Assembly: GCA_964647075.1 (NCBI GenBank)
Contig: CAZYGQ010000004.1
Span: 1 to 33,586 of the forward strand
DNA length: 33,586 nucleotides
Reading direction: 5' to 3'
Origin: an uncultured Candidatus Saccharibacteria bacterium
GTDB lineage: Bacteria > Patescibacteriota > Dojkabacteria > SC72
Part shown: one piece after another, positions 8,590 to 15,858 of the stretch
How positions within the stretch are numbered: position 1 is the first letter of the stretch
How the letters are laid out: each line of letters starts with the position of its first letter
Notes under the pieces: generated by a model
Told to the model about the DNA's origin: nothing
Seen by the model: only the letters and a program-made list of their open reading frames with translations
The model's database searches: none
Position numbers and translations under genes: made by a program

Positions 8590-9531
8590 ATGGAAATAAC
8601 GATAAAGACAATATTAATAATACTGTTAATCAATTTTATAGTTGCCCCCTTCCTTATTCTCTTTCTTGATAGGCTGGGCTTTTACAAAAAGATAAAGACT
8701 ACAAAAGAGGTAGAGAAGAAAAGAAACAAAAAATACTATAAACATATGTTATCAAATATTGCCACACCTTCCTCTTTCGGATTTCTCCTAATAATCCTTT
8801 TGTCTATATACATTTCTGTATTTAAAACTTCAACCGAGTCCCTAATCATATCTTCCTCTGCCATACTACTTGGTACGCTAGGATTTGTTGATGATATCTT
8901 CGAGTTCTTCCTTTATAGAAAGATAAATCGTTGGGGTATAAGAGCTAGGTATAAGATGCCTATACAGATTCTTGTACTATTTATAGCTCTACTCCTACTC
9001 TCTAAATCAATCCTTCTAGCTGGGATTTTAGCTTTACCTCTGGCATTTATACTAAATTCCTTTAATATTACTGACGGAATGGATGGTTTAGCTACTGGTC
9101 TTGCTATTCCCTCTTTTCTCTTTTTTGCATATCTTGAACACACTCAGTACGGAGAAAGTTCAATACTGTTTCTCATACTCCTAATTCTCACATTTCTTTT
9201 TACCTTTTTCGTTTTCAATATTAAACCTGCAAAGGTATTTTTAGGAGATAGTGGCTCCTATGCAATTGGAACAATACTTGCACTGTTAACAATTAGATAC
9301 AATCTACTTTTTACAATACCTGTAATAGCTTTCTTTTTGGTAGAGGGTATTAGCAGCTTTATACAAATTGTCAGTATTAAAGTTTTCAAAAAGAAGTTCT
9401 TTCAGATAGCACCACTACATCTTCACCTACTAAATTCTGGATGGAGTCAATGGAGAGTTATACTAACAGCATGGATAATTCAGATTGTAATTACTACATT
9501 AACCTATGTAATATATTCATATGTTAAATAA
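8590..9531 (+). CDS. mraY: divergent MraY-like polyprenyl-phosphate sugar-1-phosphate transferase (glycosyltransferase family 4)
   Basis: 313 aa, multi-TM. LGFVDDIFEF (DD motif), NITDGMDGLATG, VFLGDSGSYAIG and C-terminal IAPLHLHLLNSGW, which matches the MraY APxHHHFExxGW region. The usual TPTMGG is TPSSFG and HHH is HLH. Confidence 0.7.
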   Translation: MEITIKTILIILLINFIVAPFLILFLDRLGFYKKIKTTKEVEKKRNKKYYKHMLSNIATPSSFGFLLIILLSIYISVFKTSTESLIISSSAILLGTLGFVDDIFEFFLYRKINRWGIRARYKMPIQILVLFIALLLLSKSILLAGILALPLAFILNSFNITDGMDGLATGLAIPSFLFFAYLEHTQYGESSILFLILLILTFLFTFFVFNIKPAKVFLGDSGSYAIGTILALLTIRYNLLFTIPVIAFFLVEGISSFIQIVSIKVFKKKFFQIAPLHLHLLNSGWSQWRVILTAWIIQIVITTLTYVIYSYVK

Positions 9532-10777
9532 AAGGCTGAAGAAAATTATTAGTGAATTCTATGATATCCCTGCAGCACCCTTCTGTATTAATCAAAAGAG
9601 TGAATATATTAAATCATATCTTACAAATAAAGGATTAGAATACGAAGAAACCCCCTACTACATTTCTAGTGTTATAAGAGAGAGCAGAAATGGCAAAAGG
9701 ATACTATTTTTTTCTCACTTGGATCATCCAGGCTTCATATTTAAGAACAATAGAGAAGGAATAGCACTGGGAACTCTATATCTAGATAGAATTAAAAATT
9801 ATGCACCAATATCTGTGTACTCTCCCTCTGGTGAGTATTTAGGTGATGTAGAACTTGAAAAAGCATCTGGATTAGGAAATAAGAATGTAGTAATTTCTTC
9901 TGATTTTGATATCCCAAAAAACTCTCAAGGTTTATGGAATACCGCGGAAACTAAGTTCACAAATAGAAAAATATTGGGGAGAAGTCATGATAATGATATC
10001 GCTACATGCTTGATGCTAAACAGCATTGAAAAGATCTCAGAGGGTGAATATGGTATAAAGTTCGTTTTTACAAAGCATGAGGAGGTATTACAACAAAGCT
10101 CTTACAATATTTCAAAAAACAATTCTTTTGACATTTCTGAAGATGATATTGTAATAAATCTAGAATCTATGAAAGTATATCCAATTACAAGAGAGGAAGA
10201 GTATTCTAATCTAAACTATGATGATGGTCCTATACTAAACATTTCAGAGAAGTCTTGTTTATACAGTACCAAAGGGAGAAATCGGGCAGAGAGTATAATT
10301 AACAATATATCTGACGAGAAGAATATTCAAATCCAGAGAGGTTTGGCAGGTGGAACTACAGATGCTAGACATATTGTAGAGTTTAGCTTAACAGATAATG
10401 TAGTTACATTAAATATCCCTAATAGATATAAGCATAATACGGATGGAAAGCGTATTCGTCCTGAGGAAGTATTAATAAAAGATGTGTTATCTGTTTCAGA
10501 GATTCTAAAGAATATATTGCATAGTCCTGATTTAAATCTTTCAGAAAACAGTAAGGATATACAAGTTGATTCTATCAAAGATTTAATTGAAGAGAGAAAG
10601 AGTCTTAATATATTGAATAGGAGGTTAGATATAGCTTCTCATGATATTGTTAGAAGGGGTTACTACTTCCCAAAGAGTATATTAGATTGTGCAAAAGATT
10701 TCTTTTGGAAATCCTTCTCCTATCTTTACTATATTGCTAAGAATGGAATAGGTCGTATCCGTGTTTCCAAAGATTAG
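9521..10777 (+). CDS. M42-family (FrvX-like) metallopeptidase homologue
   Basis: 418 aa. FFSHLDHPGFIF (cf. AHMDEIGF), RSHDNDIATCLML (cf. DNRxG), FTKHEEVLQ (cf. EEVG) and GGTTDARHI (cf. GGTDA). The start overlaps the mraY-like stop by 11 nt. Confidence 0.55.
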   Translation: MLNKRLKKIISEFYDIPAAPFCINQKSEYIKSYLTNKGLEYEETPYYISSVIRESRNGKRILFFSHLDHPGFIFKNNREGIALGTLYLDRIKNYAPISVYSPSGEYLGDVELEKASGLGNKNVVISSDFDIPKNSQGLWNTAETKFTNRKILGRSHDNDIATCLMLNSIEKISEGEYGIKFVFTKHEEVLQQSSYNISKNNSFDISEDDIVINLESMKVYPITREEEYSNLNYDDGPILNISEKSCLYSTKGRNRAESIINNISDEKNIQIQRGLAGGTTDARHIVEFSLTDNVVTLNIPNRYKHNTDGKRIRPEEVLIKDVLSVSEILKNILHSPDLNLSENSKDIQVDSIKDLIEERKSLNILNRRLDIASHDIVRRGYYFPKSILDCAKDFFWKSFSYLYYIAKNGIGRIRVSKD

Positions 10778-10790
10778 TAATACAATATAC

Positions 10791-10851
10791 ACTCCTTTTT
10801 ATACTGTCTTGTTTGTCTCATTTTAGGTTCCAGACTCGTATGTCCCGCCAT
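10791..10851 (+). repeat. dispersed repeat copy D (module L + core)
   Basis: ACTCCTTTTTATACTGTCTTGTTTGTCTCATTTTAGGTT plus core CCAGACTCGTATGTCCCGCCAT (10830-10851). Similarity ends right after the core. Confidence 0.85.
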
Positions 10852-10900
10852 TTTAAACAAATGAAATACTCTATTATAAATATTTATAATATAATTAAAT

Positions 10901-11074
10901 ATGAATAAAAATAACCAATATTATTTCATTGACCTTAATGTAATTACTATGAAGATAGTTAATTGGGGTATATCTAATACTGCAACACTAACAGGAGAGA
11001 CCTCAGATAAGGATGTTCATAGGATATTCCTAACAAAAGGTCAATACAATAAAGTAGTAAAGTACCTTAAATAA
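10901..11074 (+). CDS. small ORF (57 aa), hypothetical
   Basis: Hand translation: MNKNNQYYFIDLNVITMKIVNWGISNTATLTGETSDKDVHRIFLTKGQYNKVVKYLK*. It is below the ORF-track size cutoff and is the only ORF in the 233-bp insert between the two core copies D and E. No family recognised. Confidence 0.3.
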   Translation: MNKNNQYYFIDLNVITMKIVNWGISNTATLTGETSDKDVHRIFLTKGQYNKVVKYLK

Positions 11075-11084
11075 AGATTCTGTA

Positions 11085-11210
11085 CCAGACGTGTATGTCC
11101 CGCCATATTTTCAAGGTTGCGACAAGACCCGTCCACTATGTTTTAAAACCCTTATGGAGATTGAGTTATTTAGACTCTAAAAAGTGAAAGTCTCAAAAGT
11201 AAGGCCTGGT
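11085..11210 (+). repeat. dispersed repeat copy E (core + M + truncated R)
   Basis: Core CCAGACGTGTATGTCCCGCCAT (11085-11106), then GCGACAAGACCCGTCCACTATG (M), then GATTGAGTTATTTAGACTCTAAAAAGTGAAAGTCTCAAAAGTAAGGCCTGGT (R). Similarity stops at GGCCTGGT, inside the 3' end of the HAD gene. Confidence 0.85.
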
Positions 11211-11698
11211 TTACCTCTTACAGTTGAATTCCTATCAAAAACAATCTCAAAATAACTGTATAGATTAAAATAACTAAGTATTTTTTCAACATATTCCTTT
11301 TTAGATGAAGTAACTATAATATTTCTTTTACCCTCTTTCTTAGAATATATTAAAAATTCCCCTATCGAAGGAGAAAGATATACTTCATCCCCTAATCTCT
11401 TCTCAATTAAGGCCCTTTTGTATTTATTAAATTTTTCATTTAATTCCTCCGAATTAAACTCTAATATACTATGAATTAAAAGATATTCTTTAATACCATT
11501 AACAGAACCCTTACCTGATATATATTTCATAAAATCATCCTTCGTAAAATCCAAACCAAACATCTCCCTGAAAACCATTGAGAAAGCATCAACATTTAAT
11601 TTATCTAAATTAACCAATGTTCCATCAAAATCAAAAAGAAAAGCCTTAGAGTTATCTACCCGTTTTTTTACATCTTCAATTGATATTTTGTTATTCAT
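11177..11698 (-). CDS. HAD-superfamily hydrolase (beta-phosphoglucomutase-like), apparently 3'-truncated
   Basis: 173 aa. Motif I FLFDFDGTL, motif II IIVTSS, motif III GKP. The last 11 codons (PGLTFETFTF*) are encoded by repeat copy E. The expected motif IV (GDxxxD, usually ~20-25 aa after the Lys) is absent. Confidence 0.65.
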   Translation of the reverse strand: MNNKISIEDVKKRVDNSKAFLFDFDGTLVNLDKLNVDAFSMVFREMFGLDFTKDDFMKYISGKGSVNGIKEYLLIHSILEFNSEELNEKFNKYKRALIEKRLGDEVYLSPSIGEFLIYSKKEGKRNIIVTSSKKEYVEKILSYFNLYSYFEIVFDRNSTVRGKPGLTFETFTF

Positions 11699-11796
11699 AT
11701 TCTTAATATATCAGATATATTCAAATATCAAAAGATGTTGAAAACACGTAGGTTTATTGATATAATGGTGCTTTCTAACTTTACAATTATAACGAC

Positions 11797-12057
11797 ATGA
11801 GAAGCGAAAGTTACTGTGGAGAAATAATAATTGGCAAAAGCTCTACTGGCTACCCAATTAATATAAATCCTGAAAAAAGAGTTGAGAATACTATAAATGG
11901 TGTCGCAAAGTTAATGCAAAATCCAAATATGACTCAAGAAGATATAGATTACTGTTTAAAAGTTAACTCCAAAAGATTAGGAATTGATTCAGACGATTTA
12001 CTTTCTCGCGTTGAAGAAATATTAGATGGAGAAAATTCAGAGGAAACAGAGGCGTAA
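11797..12057 (+). CDS. hypothetical protein (86 aa, acidic C-terminus)
   Basis: ORF from the track in an otherwise empty interval. No recognised motifs. Confidence 0.4.
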   Translation: MRSESYCGEIIIGKSSTGYPININPEKRVENTINGVAKLMQNPNMTQEDIDYCLKVNSKRLGIDSDDLLSRVEEILDGENSEETEA

Positions 12058-12126
12058 TTCTAACACATTTTAAGAGCTCAATTCCATTATTGCTGACTTA
12101 AAAAAAAGTGTGTTAGAATATTACAT

Positions 12127-12789
12127 ATGAAGAAGTCAGTTCCGAAAGTGTTTCTAATATCTTTTCTTTTCCTTATCAATATTTCAGGAGTTGTATACTC
12201 TGCAAAATATCTAGCACCCCTAGTTTTTACCCTATCTAATAAACCGCAATACAAATATTCTTTTGAAAATGGAAGACCCAATTTAGTATCCACCAAAAGT
12301 GATACAAAGAATAGAGATAATCTTAATATTAAATGGGGTGCTATATTCTACTATCCTTACCAAAGTATTAGACCAGAAGAAATCCACCTCCATGAAGATA
12401 ACTTAGAGTGGACGTGGAGAGAAGAAAACAACAAATTAATGGGAGAAACATTGATTGAGTCTTGCAATGTTACTTTAGAGTATACAATTGAGAATAACAA
12501 ATTATTAAGTAAAGTCTCGTTTAAAAATAACACCGACAAGACCATTCAAAATCTTCGTTATGTTTTTGATATTAATTTCCCAGCCCATTTTGAGGTAGAG
12601 AATGATAAAATTCGAACTTCAAAAAACAAAAATGCAGGAGAAATACTCATAAGTACATCTTACTATTTAGGTAAATTAGAGGAACAATATAAAGGGAAAG
12701 AAAAAAGCTCCGCTTCCTATACCGTATATATGGGAGATATTATTCCAAACCAAAGTAACTATGCAATAATAGAGCTCGTATACCAATAA
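12127..12789 (+). CDS. secreted hypothetical protein, first gene of the surface locus
   Basis: 220 aa. N-terminal signal peptide MKKSVPKVFLISFLFLINISGVVYSA. Its stop overlaps the start of the next gene (TAATG). Confidence 0.6.
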   Translation: MKKSVPKVFLISFLFLINISGVVYSAKYLAPLVFTLSNKPQYKYSFENGRPNLVSTKSDTKNRDNLNIKWGAIFYYPYQSIRPEEIHLHEDNLEWTWREENNKLMGETLIESCNVTLEYTIENNKLLSKVSFKNNTDKTIQNLRYVFDINFPAHFEVENDKIRTSKNKNAGEILISTSYYLGKLEEQYKGKEKSSASYTVYMGDIIPNQSNYAIIELVYQ

Positions 12790-15047
12790 TGAATAGAAAC
12801 ACCCTTTATAAAAGAATAGCACTCATTCCAGTCTTTGTTTTACTGTTTCTAAGTTTAAAGACACTCGCCCTAGCAGGATGTACGGGGACACCTACCGCAT
12901 GTGGGAGTCTTCCATCTGGAAGTTGTTCCAGTTGTGGTTGTAGTACAACCGCAGGATACTGTAGTAACAATGGCGCATGCAGTAACAATACTACACAAAC
13001 AAACTGTGACTACTGTTCCTGTGCTGGATGTAGTTGGGGAGGTACTAGCTGCCCTTGGGTAGGAAGTTGGAATGGAGAAGAATGGATTTTAGAACATGAG
13101 GCATTCCCCTTTGCAGCTTTTGAAGGAGTAAGTACAACATCATATGACTCCTTACCCAACCTCAAGTGTATAAATGGGGAGGTAAAAATTAAGATATATG
13201 AGGGATTGCCAGAAAAATCTTTTGTAAATGATTTCAAATTGTTCAAGGCAGAAAAAGTTGAAGGATTAGTTAAGCCAGATCTGACAGGAACCCCTAGAAT
13301 ACTATCTCAAAGAGTCACTCCAGACAATTGTGCAAGCTCCGACAAGCAAGATTGTAAATTACAAATTTCTAGCTATGATGGAGAATTCTGGGAGCCTGAA
13401 TTCGACAATTCTAAAACTGAGGATTGGATTGAAGTTGAATTTAACAATATCAATTCTCAATCATCAAAGCTCTATATAGTTGCTCGTAAACAAGCCTTTT
13501 TAACAACTTACTACGAGTATATGGCACATATGATGGGGCAGAAACAGTTCTACCTATTCAGTGATATTTCGAAATGGGAGATATTTAATGACAGAATACA
13601 AAACTGGTGGGATGAAAATCTTAAGATGAAAGTAGAGGTTTGGGATGGGAGCAACTGGGTTAACCAAGGGTTAATCTCCGCTGGATATCATATGCCAGGA
13701 AGTGGAGCCGACGACTTCCTCATCTCCATTGCAAAAAAGGATCCAGGTTCAAATACCCTAAAGTTAAGAATGAGATTTCTTACAGGAGCGTTCGGCATAG
13801 ATTATATAACGCTAGATTCCTCATTAGATTCAACAATGAAGATTGAATCGATAACTCCAAAAGAGATTACCTTAAATGATAAAACTAGTACAAATGTCTT
13901 TCCACTATCAATGAGCTATGACGATTCCTTAATAATGAAATATGATTGTGAACCACAGGACACTTTCTTTTTCTCAATAGATGGCTACTATCTCCCAGAC
14001 AATTTCCTAAAAGAAAGAGAAAAAAGTCTTTTCTGTGCATGGGGTGAATTAATAGATTTCTTCTCAAAGGGGAAAGACAATGTCGTAAAGATTGCTTCTG
14101 AAAAAGGGCTTTACAAACATGCTAAATGTATGGATTCCTTTACCAAAGAGGAAATTGCAAAACAACAAGAAGAGTGCCCTCTTTATTACATTATTTGGGC
14201 AATATTTTTTATAACATTAATCGCAATTCTATATTTACTCTATAGGAAATTAGCGAAAAAACACTTCATACCCGTATTGATTATTACTCTATCTCTCCTT
14301 GGTGCAAGTTTAGGAGTAATCTCTACTTACGCTACAATGAGTTGTAGTGGAACACTTAACTGTAGCAACTGCTCCGAAGCAAACTGTAATTCCTGCCCAG
14401 TATGCACCTGGAATCCTCCAGCTTGTAGTGGGACTCCTTCTAGTTGCAGTTCGTACTCAACCCAAGCAGCTTGTAGTACTTGTGGCTGTACTTGGCAAGC
14501 TACTGGTCTTCTTGTAGATATTGTAGACGCAACGAACAATTCCGTGTCCTCCCCAAATATAAGTATGAGTAACAAATCACTTTCTTTCTCCTCCCAGACA
14601 TCTACAGGAACTTTGGGAACATCTTCAGAGAAAATATTTATACAATCTGATGGAACTACCAACTGGCAAGTTAGTATAGCAGCTACAGATGGTCCTACAG
14701 GATTGTGGGAGAATTCTGGTAGTAGCAAATTCTTTGATTTTAACGATTCAACTTCAAATGCCGAAGATGGCGCAGACAGTGATAGTTATGGTGGGCAGTT
14801 ATCAATATCTCCCTCATCTGCAACCCTAACGGCTGGTTCAGGATGTTCAAATGCTGGATTAAGTTTGGGCAGTAATTCTTCTTTTATCGAAGGGACCGTT
14901 AACTCAATCCTCCTACTTTCAGCCTCCTCACAATCCTCTGGGTGTAATTGGTCGTTGACAAATGTTGGTATATCTCAATCTATACCCAAAGAGCAAGCTG
15001 CAGACAGCTATGGTATAAATTTAACTCTTACAATCGTTGCTATTTAG
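12789..15047 (+). CDS. large surface protein: signal peptide, Cys-rich module, ~400-aa domain, two TM helices, second Cys-rich module, C-terminal WxL-like domain
   Basis: 752 aa. Signal LIPVFVLLFLSLKTLALA. Cys-rich module 1 CTGTPTACGSLPSGSCSSCGCS...CSWGGTSCPW. TM helices YYIIWAIFFITLIAILYLLY and FIPVLIITLSLLGASLGVISTYA. Cys-rich module 2 CSGTPSSCSSYSTQAACSTCGCTW. The last ~190 aa are paralogous to the 233-aa product of the next gene. Confidence 0.7.
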   Translation: MNRNTLYKRIALIPVFVLLFLSLKTLALAGCTGTPTACGSLPSGSCSSCGCSTTAGYCSNNGACSNNTTQTNCDYCSCAGCSWGGTSCPWVGSWNGEEWILEHEAFPFAAFEGVSTTSYDSLPNLKCINGEVKIKIYEGLPEKSFVNDFKLFKAEKVEGLVKPDLTGTPRILSQRVTPDNCASSDKQDCKLQISSYDGEFWEPEFDNSKTEDWIEVEFNNINSQSSKLYIVARKQAFLTTYYEYMAHMMGQKQFYLFSDISKWEIFNDRIQNWWDENLKMKVEVWDGSNWVNQGLISAGYHMPGSGADDFLISIAKKDPGSNTLKLRMRFLTGAFGIDYITLDSSLDSTMKIESITPKEITLNDKTSTNVFPLSMSYDDSLIMKYDCEPQDTFFFSIDGYYLPDNFLKEREKSLFCAWGELIDFFSKGKDNVVKIASEKGLYKHAKCMDSFTKEEIAKQQEECPLYYIIWAIFFITLIAILYLLYRKLAKKHFIPVLIITLSLLGASLGVISTYATMSCSGTLNCSNCSEANCNSCPVCTWNPPACSGTPSSCSSYSTQAACSTCGCTWQATGLLVDIVDATNNSVSSPNISMSNKSLSFSSQTSTGTLGTSSEKIFIQSDGTTNWQVSIAATDGPTGLWENSGSSKFFDFNDSTSNAEDGADSDSYGGQLSISPSSATLTAGSGCSNAGLSLGSNSSFIEGTVNSILLLSASSQSSGCNWSLTNVGISQSIPKEQAADSYGINLTLTIVAI

Positions 15048-15140
15048 TTTTATGAACTGTATAGTATATTTGTATTTAGTCTGTTGACAAGTGCTCTGTG
15101 AATATATTACGATTAAACTGTAATCTTATTTATAAAAGGA

Positions 15141-15842
15141 ATGAAAAGAAATAAAATAATAATTACTGTTAGCGCACTCTTAATTACCTTCATTACTGGA
15201 GCAACAACTATGTACTTTTTGTACAAGGAGAAATATGGGGTCGTTAGATCCGCAACAACAGCACTAACTCAAATTATTAACTCAGGAACATTAACTGCAG
15301 ACATTGTAGATGCAGCATATACTCCTGTAGCAAGCCCTTCTTTTGCAATGTCTTCTAAGAACTTTAGCTTTAGTTGTCAATCTTCAACTGGGACATTAGG
15401 GACCGCTTCACAACAACTTTATGTACAAAACCCTGATGCTGCAGATAGTGGGTGGACCTTAACAATTGCTGCCACTAGTGGTCCAACTGCTTACTGGGAC
15501 AGCACTGTCGACTACGATTATAATGACGCCACAAGTAGTGGTTGTACAGATGGAGCCGATGCAGACTCTTTAGCTGGACAAATGACAATAGATGCTTCTG
15601 CTGGAACATTAGCTGTAGGAAGTTGTAACTCATGCACAATAAATAATATAACAAAAGGTTCTTCCGCAGCATTTGCAGAGACCTCTGTTGATAGCATAAC
15701 CTTACTTAATGCAGCTGCAGGTTCTGATGATATTGGAGACTGGAAATTAACAGGAGTAGCAATAACACAAACAATTCCAGGAGAACAGCCAGCAGCTTCC
15801 GATTACTCTATTAATTTAACAATTACTGTTACAGCGGTATAA
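15141..15842 (+). CDS. secreted WxL-domain-like surface protein
   Basis: 233 aa with an N-terminal hydrophobic signal/anchor. ADIVDA...SPSFAMSSKNFSFSCQSSTGTLGT...LYVQNPDAADSGWTLTIAAT...GDWKLTGVAITQTIP...YSINLTITVTAV follows the WxL-domain layout (two W-x-L motifs and a Y..l.l.l C-terminus). The assignment is by pattern only. Confidence 0.55.
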   Translation: MKRNKIIITVSALLITFITGATTMYFLYKEKYGVVRSATTALTQIINSGTLTADIVDAAYTPVASPSFAMSSKNFSFSCQSSTGTLGTASQQLYVQNPDAADSGWTLTIAATSGPTAYWDSTVDYDYNDATSSGCTDGADADSLAGQMTIDASAGTLAVGSCNSCTINNITKGSSAAFAETSVDSITLLNAAAGSDDIGDWKLTGVAITQTIPGEQPAASDYSINLTITVTAV

Positions 15843-15858
15843 TTTGGTATTCGAAAAA

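Noticed and set aside
12806-14728. Antisense ORFs opposite the Cys-rich surface gene (12806-12988, 13010-13246, 13885-14067, 14327-14728)
   Set aside because: They coincide with the locally GC-richer Cys/Gly/Ser-coding stretches, where stop codons are rare on the opposite strand. The sense frame is continuous for 752 aa with signal peptide and TM logic.
15084-15110. TTGACA at 15084-15089 upstream of the 233-aa gene as a sigma70-type promoter
   Set aside because: The best -10-like hexamers (TATATT, ATATTA, TATTAC) lie only 13-15 nt downstream, which is a poor spacing. In DNA this AT-rich such hexamers are expected by chance.
15844-15858. TTG start at 15844 drawn by the ORF track for the DUF916-like gene
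   Set aside because: ATG at 15859 starts a textbook signal peptide (MKKTKTALLTLLLL...). The five extra N-terminal residues (MVFEK) are unnecessary, and the TTG start lies only 1 nt after the previous stop.
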